This document shows positions 39,640 through 46,119 of a DNA stretch of 59,419 nt, in pieces; within the stretch, counting starts at the first letter, position 1; every line of letters starts with the position of its first letter. Origin of the DNA: a virus (lineage: Duplodnaviria; Caudoviricetes); the IMG/VR virus record IMGVR_UViG_3300008108_000072, positions 1 to 59,419 of that record; one strand, given 5' to 3'. Below the pieces are notes generated by a model. It was not told the DNA's origin, did no database searches, and worked only from the letters and a program-made list of their open reading frames with translations. The translations under genes and the position numbers were made by a program.

Positions 39640-39960
39640 GTTAATTATAATTAATTAACGATTACGATTAACTGCTAATTCTAATTACCTTCTAATCGTA
39701 TTTACTGCTTTATTCTTTATATCAATAACATTTATTTACTGGTTATTAATAATATCGAACAATCGTAAATACTGATTAATTCTAATTACTGTGTAATTAT
39801 ATTAAATTGATATTATTAATATAACTGTAAATATCAAAGTATTAATAATACTGTGTAATTGTAATTATTGAATAATAGTAATTATTCTGTAATCTATGTG
39901 TATCTGTATTAATATACATTGCTACATTTATTTGATTGTATAAAGAATAGCTAACTGTAA
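39640..39960. other. Very AT-rich non-coding tract with strand-polarised short repeats (candidate origin or packaging/terminus region)
   Basis: No ORF; repeated WACTG, TTCTAATTAC, TACTGTGTAATT and AATCGTAWWTACTG. Confidence 0.45.
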
Positions 39961-39970
39961 AAAAAGAGAA

Positions 39971-39999
39971 ATAAAAAAGGGGGCAGGATTTGCCCCCCG
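39971..39999 (-). terminator. Intrinsic terminator ending the early region
   Basis: GGGGGCA-AATCC-TGCCCCC-TTTTTTA. Confidence 0.85.
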
Positions 40000-40018
40000 T
40001 AAGTATAGCTAACTGTGC

Positions 40019-40300
40019 TCAATCTTCAGTGAATTCGATAATCTGAAGATCCCCAACTTTCCTGCCCTTTGCTATCACTGAGCCGAGGGAGAATCCGAGA
40101 AGATCGGGTGATTTAAGAATTTCAGTTAGGTATACAACGTAGCGAGATGTAGCCTTGAAAGCGTATGCTTTCTCGTGGTTTGATTGAAATACAATCTCCA
40201 CCAGATCTTCGTCGATCTCGATGTTACGAATGGCGCTGGATTCGTCGATACTGAAAGTCCGAAAGATCGGGGCTTTTGTGATTTCGAAGGAAACAGACAT
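40019..40300 (-). CDS. KTSC-like domain protein
   Basis: SSAIxxI....LVEIVFxS....YxF....SLG pattern. Confidence 0.55.
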   Translation of the reverse strand: MSVSFEITKAPIFRTFSIDESSAIRNIEIDEDLVEIVFQSNHEKAYAFKATSRYVVYLTEILKSPDLLGFSLGSVIAKGRKVGDLQIIEFTED

Positions 40301-40367
40301 TTCGAGAAAAGTGTAGAGAATGGGAGGGGGGCTGGAGTGCCCCCCCGTTGCTCGCTATCCTAGCAGA

Positions 40368-40664
40368 TCAGACGCTGCTGTTGCGGTTCTGTGCCCACTG
40401 GCTGAGGCGCTTGGTGCTCGCCTTGCTGAACACCCGATCGGTCTGGGTGATGGCGCCGTCGTCGTGGAGCACACGGTGGCGGTTGGCAGCCTTGGCACAT
40501 GCCTGGAGGGCACGGCGTCCCAGGCGGTCGCTCTGGGCGAGATTCAGCAGGAGGGTGGCACGGTGCCCACCGATCACACGGGGGCGCTCGATCAGCAGGT
40601 GGGCGACTCGCTCGGCGTCACCCAGGAAGGCGGCGAAGCGGGTGGAGGGGATGATGGGGAGCAT
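40368..40664 (-). CDS. Hypothetical early protein (GC-rich)
   Basis: 98-aa ORF below the promoter TCGACA/TATAAT at 40711-40739. Confidence 0.7.
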   Translation of the reverse strand: MLPIIPSTRFAAFLGDAERVAHLLIERPRVIGGHRATLLLNLAQSDRLGRRALQACAKAANRHRVLHDDGAITQTDRVFSKASTKRLSQWAQNRNSSV

Positions 40665-40710
40665 CGGTCTCGGTTGGTGGTGGGGGGTCTCTGTCGCCCC
40701 CCGTGTCCTA

Positions 40711-40765
40711 ATTATAGCGGATCGGGGGTGGCTGTCGAGGGTCGGCAGCCAGTTCCCGAACTGGC
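40711..40765 (-). promoter_or_regulatory. Early promoter with upstream palindrome GCCAGT-N6-ACTGGC
   Basis: -10 TATAAT at 40711-40716; palindrome at 40748-40765. Confidence 0.75.
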
Positions 40766-40767
40766 AC

Positions 40768-40941
40768 TCAGTGGCGGTCGGAGATGTTCCAGGTGCCGCT
40801 GTCGCTCCAGGAGGGGGCGGGGCGGAGACCCTGGCGGATCTCCTGGCGGCGCTGCTCCTCTGCCTGGAGCTGCTTCATGTAGGATGCCATCGCCATCTGG
40901 CAGGCGAGGTCTTGGCGGGCAGCTTCGTTGGTGATGAACAT
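40768..40941 (-). CDS. 57-aa hypothetical early protein (MFITNEAARQ...WNISDRH), not in the ORF track
   Basis: Translated by hand; high-GC codon usage; own promoter and leader. Confidence 0.75.
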   Translation of the reverse strand: MFITNEAARQDLACQMAMASYMKQLQAEEQRRQEIRQGLRPAPSWSDSGTWNISDRH

Positions 40942-40965
40942 CGGGTGTCTGTGGTTGACTCTGGA

Positions 40966-41021
40966 ATTCTAGCGGGTCAGGGGAGCTGGCAGCTGCCAGG
41001 GAGGACACTGTTGTAAGTGGC
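40966..41021 (-). promoter_or_regulatory. Early promoter with palindrome GACACT-N6-AGTGGC
   Basis: -10 TAGAAT at 40966-40971; palindrome at 41004-41021. Confidence 0.7.
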
Positions 41022-41153
41022 ACAGCGGCGCTCGGTGGCGGCGTTCACAGCACCCACGGTGTCAGCAGCGAACCCGATAGCAGCAGCACCCACAGCCCCG
41101 ATGGGAGCGTAGAGGGCAGCACCGAGGGAGAGCAGGGCGAGGGTCTTGAGCAT
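40977..41153 (-). CDS. 58-aa hydrophobic (secreted or membrane) early protein
   Basis: Real start is likely MLKTLALLSL at 41153, after the shared leader. Confidence 0.65.
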   Translation of the reverse strand: MLKTLALLSLGAALYAPIGAVGAAAIGFAADTVGAVNAATERRCATYNSVLPGSCQLP

Positions 41154-41224
41154 GGCTCTGTCGTTGGTTGACTCTGGAATTCTACCATGAGGTGGGGCAC
41201 CCACGGTGGTGCCCCTGTAACATT

Positions 41225-41500
41225 TCAGAACATCTCCCCGATGGGCATGATGTCGGGGGTGGGATCGTAACCCTCGAAAATCGCCTCTACGATCTCCTGG
41301 TGTGTACGCTGGGAGAGAATACCCTCCACAGCGATCTCCTCTGCCCATTCATAACAGCCACCAGTGAGAAAATCACAGGGGAGCATGTATGGGTGGGTTT
41401 GATCAAACAAATCCTCGATCTTGCCCAGTTCGGTGTTGATGTCGGTGGGAATCTCCCAGCCTTCGTCGATCTGAACGGTGTCGGTGAAAGCGTAGGTCAT
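41225..41500 (-). CDS. Acidic hypothetical early protein
   Basis: 91-aa ORF with its own promoter. Confidence 0.7.
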   Translation of the reverse strand: MTYAFTDTVQIDEGWEIPTDINTELGKIEDLFDQTHPYMLPCDFLTGGCYEWAEEIAVEGILSQRTHQEIVEAIFEGYDPTPDIMPIGEMF

Positions 41501-41524
41501 GGGGTGTCTGTGGTTGACTTGATC

Positions 41525-41581
41525 AGTCTACAGGGTGGGTGGGGGCATTGCTGCCCCCTGGTGGACAGTGCTCAGGCTGGC
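41525..41581 (-). promoter_or_regulatory. Early promoter with palindrome GACAGT-N6-GCTGGC
   Basis: -10 TAGACT at 41525-41530; GC stem-loop; palindrome at 41564-41581. Confidence 0.7.
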
Positions 41582-42300
41582 ACAGCTGCCCGAACCTTCG
41601 CCTTCTGTACCTTACGGTTTGCCCTTGCTGCCTTGCCCCACTCGCTGCCCTTAGGCTGGGTGCCGTGTACCAGGAGAGCGAAGGGACCATCCTCAAAGCA
41701 GGAGCGATCCTTAACATCGACCTTGTAACCTGCTGCCACTGCTTGATCCTCAGTCATGAACACTTTAGCATAACGAGGGAACACACCTTCGTCGATCATG
41801 TGATCGAATTTGCCACCATAGGAGGCAGTGAAGTAGAAATTAGCAGGCAGCACCAAACCAACAAACAGTGGCAGATTCTTGCTGTAGCAGTAGAATTTGA
41901 TGCTAGGATTGGCGCTGGCAACTAACACCCAAGCGAGCAAATACTCAGGGGAGAAGAAATCACCAGACTCGTGAATTCTCACCTTCGTGATACGCTTAGT
42001 GAGATTCTTCTGGAGTTCGGTGTTGATGAGACCAGCACAGTTGCCCTCCTGGAGAGCTTCACGGATAGCCTTGAGGTTTGCTTGTCGTGCTTCATAAACT
42101 GGCGTGTACTGTACTTCAGAAGAAGCAGCAAAGCAGCGAAACTCAGTTTGAGGACCATCCCAAATCTTACGGTTTCCGTTAGAATCAATCCGAACCATTG
42201 AGAGGCACTTGTTAGCACCAGGGCAGGTTGTGCCAGCAGGCAGGTTGAAAATCAGGGTCTGCTTGTCGAGCTTGTCGTTGCCTTTGGAGAAGGTGAGCAT
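41572..42300 (-). CDS. Gp88-family protein (Cys-motif, radical-SAM-like fold suggested)
   Basis: FNLPAGxTCPGA..C, RCFA, RIHESGDFFSxEYLxAW, PSIKFYCYSK; start MLTFSKGN at 42300. Confidence 0.75.
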   Translation of the reverse strand: MLTFSKGNDKLDKQTLIFNLPAGTTCPGANKCLSMVRIDSNGNRKIWDGPQTEFRCFAASSEVQYTPVYEARQANLKAIREALQEGNCAGLINTELQKNLTKRITKVRIHESGDFFSPEYLLAWVLVASANPSIKFYCYSKNLPLFVGLVLPANFYFTASYGGKFDHMIDEGVFPRYAKVFMTEDQAVAAGYKVDVKDRSCFEDGPFALLVHGTQPKGSEWGKAARANRKVQKAKVRAAVPA

Positions 42301-42325
42301 GGCTCTGTCGTTGGTTGACTTGATC

Positions 42326-42382
42326 AGTATAGGGGCAGGGTGGGGGCACTGTGGGGGTCGAGTGGACAGTGCCCCAGGTGGC
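42326..42382 (-). promoter_or_regulatory. Early promoter with palindrome GACAGT-N6-GGTGGC
   Basis: -10 TATACT at 42326-42331; palindrome at 42365-42382. Confidence 0.7.
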
Positions 42383-42388
42383 ACACCC

Positions 42389-42583
42389 TCAGAAGTCTAC
42401 AGCCCAGTCTGGGTCATTCTTTACAGCAACCCAGAAGAAATTCTTTCCATTGTGAGAACGAAGGAACACACGGTTCTCTTTAATTTGTTCCACAATACAC
42501 TCTGGGTTGCTGTTCATCAAGTTAGCGAATCTGTTCTTCGCTTTCTTGCTCTTAGGTGTGACAAAAGCGAGGTCAAACATCAC
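42389..42583 (-). CDS. Hypothetical protein
   Basis: 64 aa with PKSKKAKNRFANLM..FW..DPDW pattern. Confidence 0.75.
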   Translation of the reverse strand: MMFDLAFVTPKSKKAKNRFANLMNSNPECIVEQIKENRVFLRSHNGKNFFWVAVKNDPDWAVDF

Positions 42584-42759
42584 AGAACGTAGATACCGTG
42601 GGTGTTAAACAGTGTGGGTTGATTCTGTTGCCAACCCGTCATCATTTGCTGGAGTTGTTGTTGAGAATAGCGATTCAGAAAAGTATACTCAAACTCGGGT
42701 TTGTTATTCTGAATCCGAAGCATGTTCTGGATTGAGTTAATCAAACGTGAGCGAAGCAT
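42580..42759 (-). CDS. 59-aa hypothetical protein (MLRSRLINSIQ...), not in the ORF track
   Basis: Translated by hand; ATGA overlap with the downstream gene. Confidence 0.6.
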   Translation of the reverse strand: MLRSRLINSIQNMLRIQNNKPEFEYTFLNRYSQQQLQQMMTGWQQNQPTLFNTHGIYVL

Positions 42760-42781
42760 TGTGTTTGTTTGAACTGTGTTC

Positions 42782-42838
42782 AGTATAGGGGGCAGGATGC
42801 CCCCCTGTGGGTGTTAGTGTGCCAGTTTAGATTCTGAC
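42782..42838 (-). promoter_or_regulatory. Early promoter with GC stem-loop and degenerate palindrome
   Basis: -10 TATACT at 42782-42787; GCCAGT-N6-TCTGAC at 42821-42838. Confidence 0.65.
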
Positions 42839-43107
42839 ACATCACATGCCCAATAGTAGGCACGTTCAGTGGTAGAACTCACAAACAGCAGCACACGTTG
42901 AGTATAACGAAGCAGGGTCTCTCGCCCGCCGTTGTTATACCAATCGCTGACACGGTTAGCAACCCAAACCGTGACGCCGACGATGAATCCAACCACCGTG
43001 GCGATTGTATAAAGAATCTGTTGGATGGTTTCGTTATTCTGAACCATCTCCATCAGTTCGTTATACTTTTCGACGATGGGGTTGTTGACAAGAATGGCGG
43101 TGTTCAT
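42814..43107 (-). CDS. Hypothetical membrane protein
   Basis: 97 aa with one hydrophobic helix. Confidence 0.7.
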   Translation of the reverse strand: MNTAILVNNPIVEKYNELMEMVQNNETIQQILYTIATVVGFIVGVTVWVANRVSDWYNNGGRETLLRYTQRVLLFVSSTTERAYYWACDVSESKLAH

Positions 43108-43160
43108 TGTTGTTAAGAATTGGTTGGTGGGTTGAGTATACTTTCCTCAACCACACACCA

Positions 43161-43255
43161 AGAATAGCAACACCAGGGGCACCAGTCAAGGGGTAGTGGA
43201 CAGTTCACAAAGTGGCACACTAACACTTGACAAACACTAAAATACCCTCTAGACT
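43161..43255. promoter_or_regulatory. Divergent promoter pair sharing one palindrome (43199-43216)
   Basis: Minus: TTGACT..TATTCT (-10 at 43161-43166); plus: TTGACA (43227-43232)-17-TAGACT (43250-43255). Confidence 0.7.
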
Positions 43256-43275
43256 ATACTAGAGGGTATAATAAA

Positions 43276-43404
43276 CTACTCTTGAGTAGTATAATCTACT
43301 TCTGTTACTATACTATAATCATCATATTCTACTTCTTTATTCTTTATATCTTCTTCTTTCATTTCTTGTATAATATATTCTTGAAATGTTAATGTATTAG
43401 ACAT
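43276..43404 (-). CDS. 42-aa acidic hypothetical protein (MSNTLTFQEY...DYTTQE)
   Basis: Translated by hand; very AT-rich codons. Confidence 0.5.
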   Translation of the reverse strand: MSNTLTFQEYIIQEMKEEDIKNKEVEYDDYSIVTEVDYTTQE

Positions 43405-43497
43405 AAAGATTATCCGTTAAAGTTTAATTTTTAATTATTTGAAAAAGTGAAAAATCTTAATTTTTGAGTTTTTAAGATTTTTCACTTTTTGAGATTT

Positions 43498-43674
43498 TCA
43501 GCTTTCCAACAATTCTGGATAATACTGATTTACCTCTTCCTTCAATTCTTCATCACTATACTTATCATAACCCTCTTGAAGATAGTCATAACACAGTGCC
43601 ATCACTGTCTTAAGATCCATGTCGTCCAACATCTGCTGAACCAATTGATCTTGGAGTTCCTGACGATCCATCAT
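43498..43674 (-). CDS. Hypothetical protein (MDRQELQ...YYPELLES)
   Basis: Start re-assigned to the ATGA overlap at 43674. Confidence 0.7.
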   Translation of the reverse strand: MMDRQELQDQLVQQMLDDMDLKTVMALCYDYLQEGYDKYSDEELKEEVNQYYPELLES

Positions 43675-43799
43675 TTCCGAAGGGGAGAGTTGAAGTAACG
43701 AGTGAAGCATAGCACCAGGATGATGCCAGTGGAGATGACACCGACCAGTCCGAGAACTGTCACAGCATCACCAGTAAAGTTGTAAGTGTCAACCATCAT
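43671..43799 (-). CDS. 42-aa single-pass membrane protein (…NFTGDAVTVLG…RYFNSPLRK)
   Basis: Translated by hand; one transmembrane helix; ATGA overlaps on both sides. Confidence 0.65.
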   Translation of the reverse strand: MMVDTYNFTGDAVTVLGLVGVISTGIILVLCFTRYFNSPLRK

Positions 43800-43963
43800 A
43801 CATCATAACAAAGGTACATTGCTTTTTCATCTTCATACATGTCGATCTCAGATTCAGTCAGCCAAGGCAATGTCAGCATCATGTTGAAGAAATCAACTTG
43901 CCAACCATTCAGCATCATGATGTCGTCGTGACGAGCAATGATGTTGGTGTTGAAGTAATCCAT
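43796..43963 (-). CDS. 55-aa hypothetical protein (MDYFNTNII...)
   Basis: Translated by hand; promoter TTGACA-17-TATTCT upstream (43987-44015). Confidence 0.6.
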   Translation of the reverse strand: MDYFNTNIIARHDDIMMLNGWQVDFFNMMLTLPWLTESEIDMYEDEKAMYLCYDV

Positions 43964-44030
43964 GTGGATTTCTCAGGTACAGATCAAGAATAACATGGGT
44001 GGGGGGTCATGTCAACCCCCCTGTGCCACT

Positions 44031-44210
44031 TCAGATGGCGGACTTGAAGCCACGGCTCCACAGTGCCAGCCTCATGGTGCTAGCCTTCTCCACCTGCTGT
44101 TGGGTACGCCCAGAGCCCAGGGCTGCCTTCTGGAGCTGCTTACGGGTCTCACGACCAGCGGTGTTCACCAGCACGTTACGGGCAGACTGGAGGAGTTGCT
44201 GAGAAGTCAT
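44031..44210 (-). CDS. Hypothetical early protein (MTSQQLLQS...)
   Basis: Start re-assigned below promoter CATACT (44257-44262); palindrome at 44296-44313. Confidence 0.65.
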   Translation of the reverse strand: MTSQQLLQSARNVLVNTAGRETRKQLQKAALGSGRTQQQVEKASTMRLALWSRGFKSAI

Positions 44211-44370
44211 TTTGAACCTCGGTAGTGTTTGGTCGGGGTGTTCCCCCGATGAACATAGTATGGCACCCACCAGAGCCCCCTACAAGCCCCTCTGTGCCAC
44301 CTCTAGAACTGTCACAGTGTCACACCACCGAGGCATCTCAAACGTGCTAAGAATGGCTTCTGGTGTAGGT

Positions 44371-44396
44371 ATAAAAAAAGAGGGGCATTGCCCCTC
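44371..44396 (-). terminator. Intrinsic terminator
   Basis: GAGGGGC-AAT-GCCCCTC-TTTTTTT. Confidence 0.85.
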
Positions 44397-44406
44397 AAAA
44401 TATTAC

Positions 44407-44571
44407 CTATTCCCAATCGCCATAGTCATCGTAATCCTTGAATTTGGTTTGACGCTTATTCCTTGTTGAATAACGTTTCTGATTTTGGACTTCATACCCA
44501 AAGTCTTCAAATTCTTCTTCAAGGGACAGATCTTTAAAAGATTCTGTGTACTTACGAGTGCTTTTTGCCAT
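44407..44571 (-). CDS. 54-aa charged hypothetical protein (MAKSTRKY...DDYGDWE)
   Basis: Translated by hand; AGGAG RBS and ATAAATA late promoter (44612-44618). Confidence 0.7.
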   Translation of the reverse strand: MAKSTRKYTESFKDLSLEEEFEDFGYEVQNQKRYSTRNKRQTKFKDYDDYGDWE

Positions 44572-44620
44572 TTTTAACTCAATTTACTCCTGTTTTGTGG
44601 GTATTTTGTGATATTTATGT

Positions 44621-44848
44621 TCAAACAGCAACAATTTGAAGAGTTTGCTCTTCTTTCAGTGCTCGATTGAACAAACGACCAACACTTTGGTTGTTTTCAA
44701 TAGCATTTTGAACAGAATCTACAAAATTACCAGTGGTATCACGGTAATTATAGCTATTACCACTATTAAATGTAATAGTGACAATGTTATCATCACTCAT
44801 GCTAACAGCACTAATAGCAGTAGAATCAATGTTTTGAATGGTTTTCAT
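44621..44848 (-). CDS. KTSC-like domain protein
   Basis: STAISAV...VTITFNSGNSYNY...SVGRLFN matches the KTSC pattern. Confidence 0.65.
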   Translation of the reverse strand: MKTIQNIDSTAISAVSMSDDNIVTITFNSGNSYNYRDTTGNFVDSVQNAIENNQSVGRLFNRALKEEQTLQIVAV

Positions 44849-44989
44849 GATTTATCGATTAATGGTTAAATGTTAACTTTGAAGTTTTTGGAAATCTCAA
44901 AAATCTTAAATTCTGAAGTTTTTAACTTTTTGAGTTTTTTGAGTTTTTGGGATTTCTCGATTTCTGAGATTTCCGAACTTCATGAATAC

Positions 44990-45045
44990 AGTATAGGGCA
45001 TCCTGCCAGGGTTGTCAAGGGGGCTGTGCCAGTCCCTGAACTGTC
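44990..45045 (-). promoter_or_regulatory. Strong early promoter TTGACA-17-TATACT with palindrome GCCAGT-N6-ACTGTC
   Basis: -10 at 44990-44995, -35 at 45013-45018, palindrome at 45028-45045. Confidence 0.8.
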
Positions 45046-45268
45046 CTTCGAGGGTCTCCGAGGGTCTTAGAGTTAGACTGGGAGATTTGTCAAGCCCCTT
45101 TGTGCCACTTTGAGAACTGGCATATTTCGGCTTGACTTTCGAGTGGTGGCGGGCTTAGACAACAACACCTCCGTAGATTTCCATGCTTTCAGCAACAATT
45201 AACGAAAGCTTTTGTGAGGGAATCAAAACACTTAACTATGTTTTTTTAAACATTTATTAATATACTAG

Positions 45269-45302
45269 TTTTCCACAAGTTTTTCCACAACGTTGTGGAA
45301 AA
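45269..45302. promoter_or_regulatory. Three DnaA-box-like nonamers TTTTCCACA (two direct, one inverted)
   Basis: 45269-45277, 45281-45289 and TGTGGAAAA at 45294-45302, next to an AT-rich tract (about 45232-45268). Confidence 0.6.
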
Positions 45303-45346
45303 CTCAAAGGTATCATTGAGAACAACCCAGTCATACACTGGATACT

Positions 45347-45844
45347 CTACCTGCGGAAAGTAGCTGCCTTAATAGAGTTTTCTTGTGGTGTTGCCCATTC
45401 AAGATTACTTACATGATTATTTGTTGGTTCATGATCTATATGATTAACATAGATCATTTCACTTATAATCTCTTTGACTGGTGATGGTAACTCTTTCCAA
45501 TATGTTTTCAATCTATGAGGTGGGTACTTTTCTATTGGTTTATATGTTTCTATTACTAACCTATGAACATATACTCTACGTTGATATGTTGTACAATTTA
45601 AATTTTTTCTTTTCTTTTGGTAGTGTTCATCATTTGGTAGTAATCCATATGGTATTGCTAGGCGAACACATAAGTAATCTTTCTTTCTATCCCATTTTGT
45701 TTGCTTCATTTCTACCATTGGTCCTGTTGTAACATATCCAGTATTCTTTCCTTTGTTTCTGATTCTGGTAGTGAATACACGCCCATCGGTGGAAACATAG
45801 TAACCAGGAATAACTTTACCACAAAATACTGCTGCTTTGATCAT
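45347..45844 (-). CDS. Free-standing HNH homing endonuclease (NUMOD4/HNH_3-like)
   Basis: YYVSTDGRV, YVHRLV, VNHIDHEPTNNHVSNLEWATPQEN; start at the ATGA overlap 45844. Confidence 0.85.
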   Translation of the reverse strand: MIKAAVFCGKVIPGYYVSTDGRVFTTRIRNKGKNTGYVTTGPMVEMKQTKWDRKKDYLCVRLAIPYGLLPNDEHYQKKRKNLNCTTYQRRVYVHRLVIETYKPIEKYPPHRLKTYWKELPSPVKEIISEMIYVNHIDHEPTNNHVSNLEWATPQENSIKAATFRR

Positions 45845-46029
45845 GCTACCATCCATTCATGAACAGGATAATCCATTTGATCAAGTAAACAAGCAGCAAC
45901 TTCATTCATTGCTACATTACGATCTGATTTGTAGACATTGTGCTGTAGATCCATTGCCCGAACGTATAGAGCATCAGCAAGGGCTGTACGCTGCTCAGGA
46001 GTCAGTGTAATGGTAACGGTGGTGTTCAT
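45841..46029 (-). CDS. Hypothetical early protein
   Basis: 62 aa below promoter TACAAT (46052-46057) with palindrome at 46090-46107. Confidence 0.7.
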   Translation of the reverse strand: MNTTVTITLTPEQRTALADALYVRAMDLQHNVYKSDRNVAMNEVAACLLDQMDYPVHEWMVA

Positions 46030-46119
46030 GTGGGTTGGTTGAACTGTGCTTATTGTAATGGGTGATAGGTGGGGTTGAGACTAGAAAGGGACAGTTGCTA
46101 AGCTGTCCCTTGATTAAAA

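Noticed and set aside
40320-42592. Long plus-strand ORFs (204, 222, 186, 128 and 127 aa) and the 103-aa minus ORF 40712..41023
   Set aside because: By-products of high GC; they run across clear promoters and better-supported minus-strand genes
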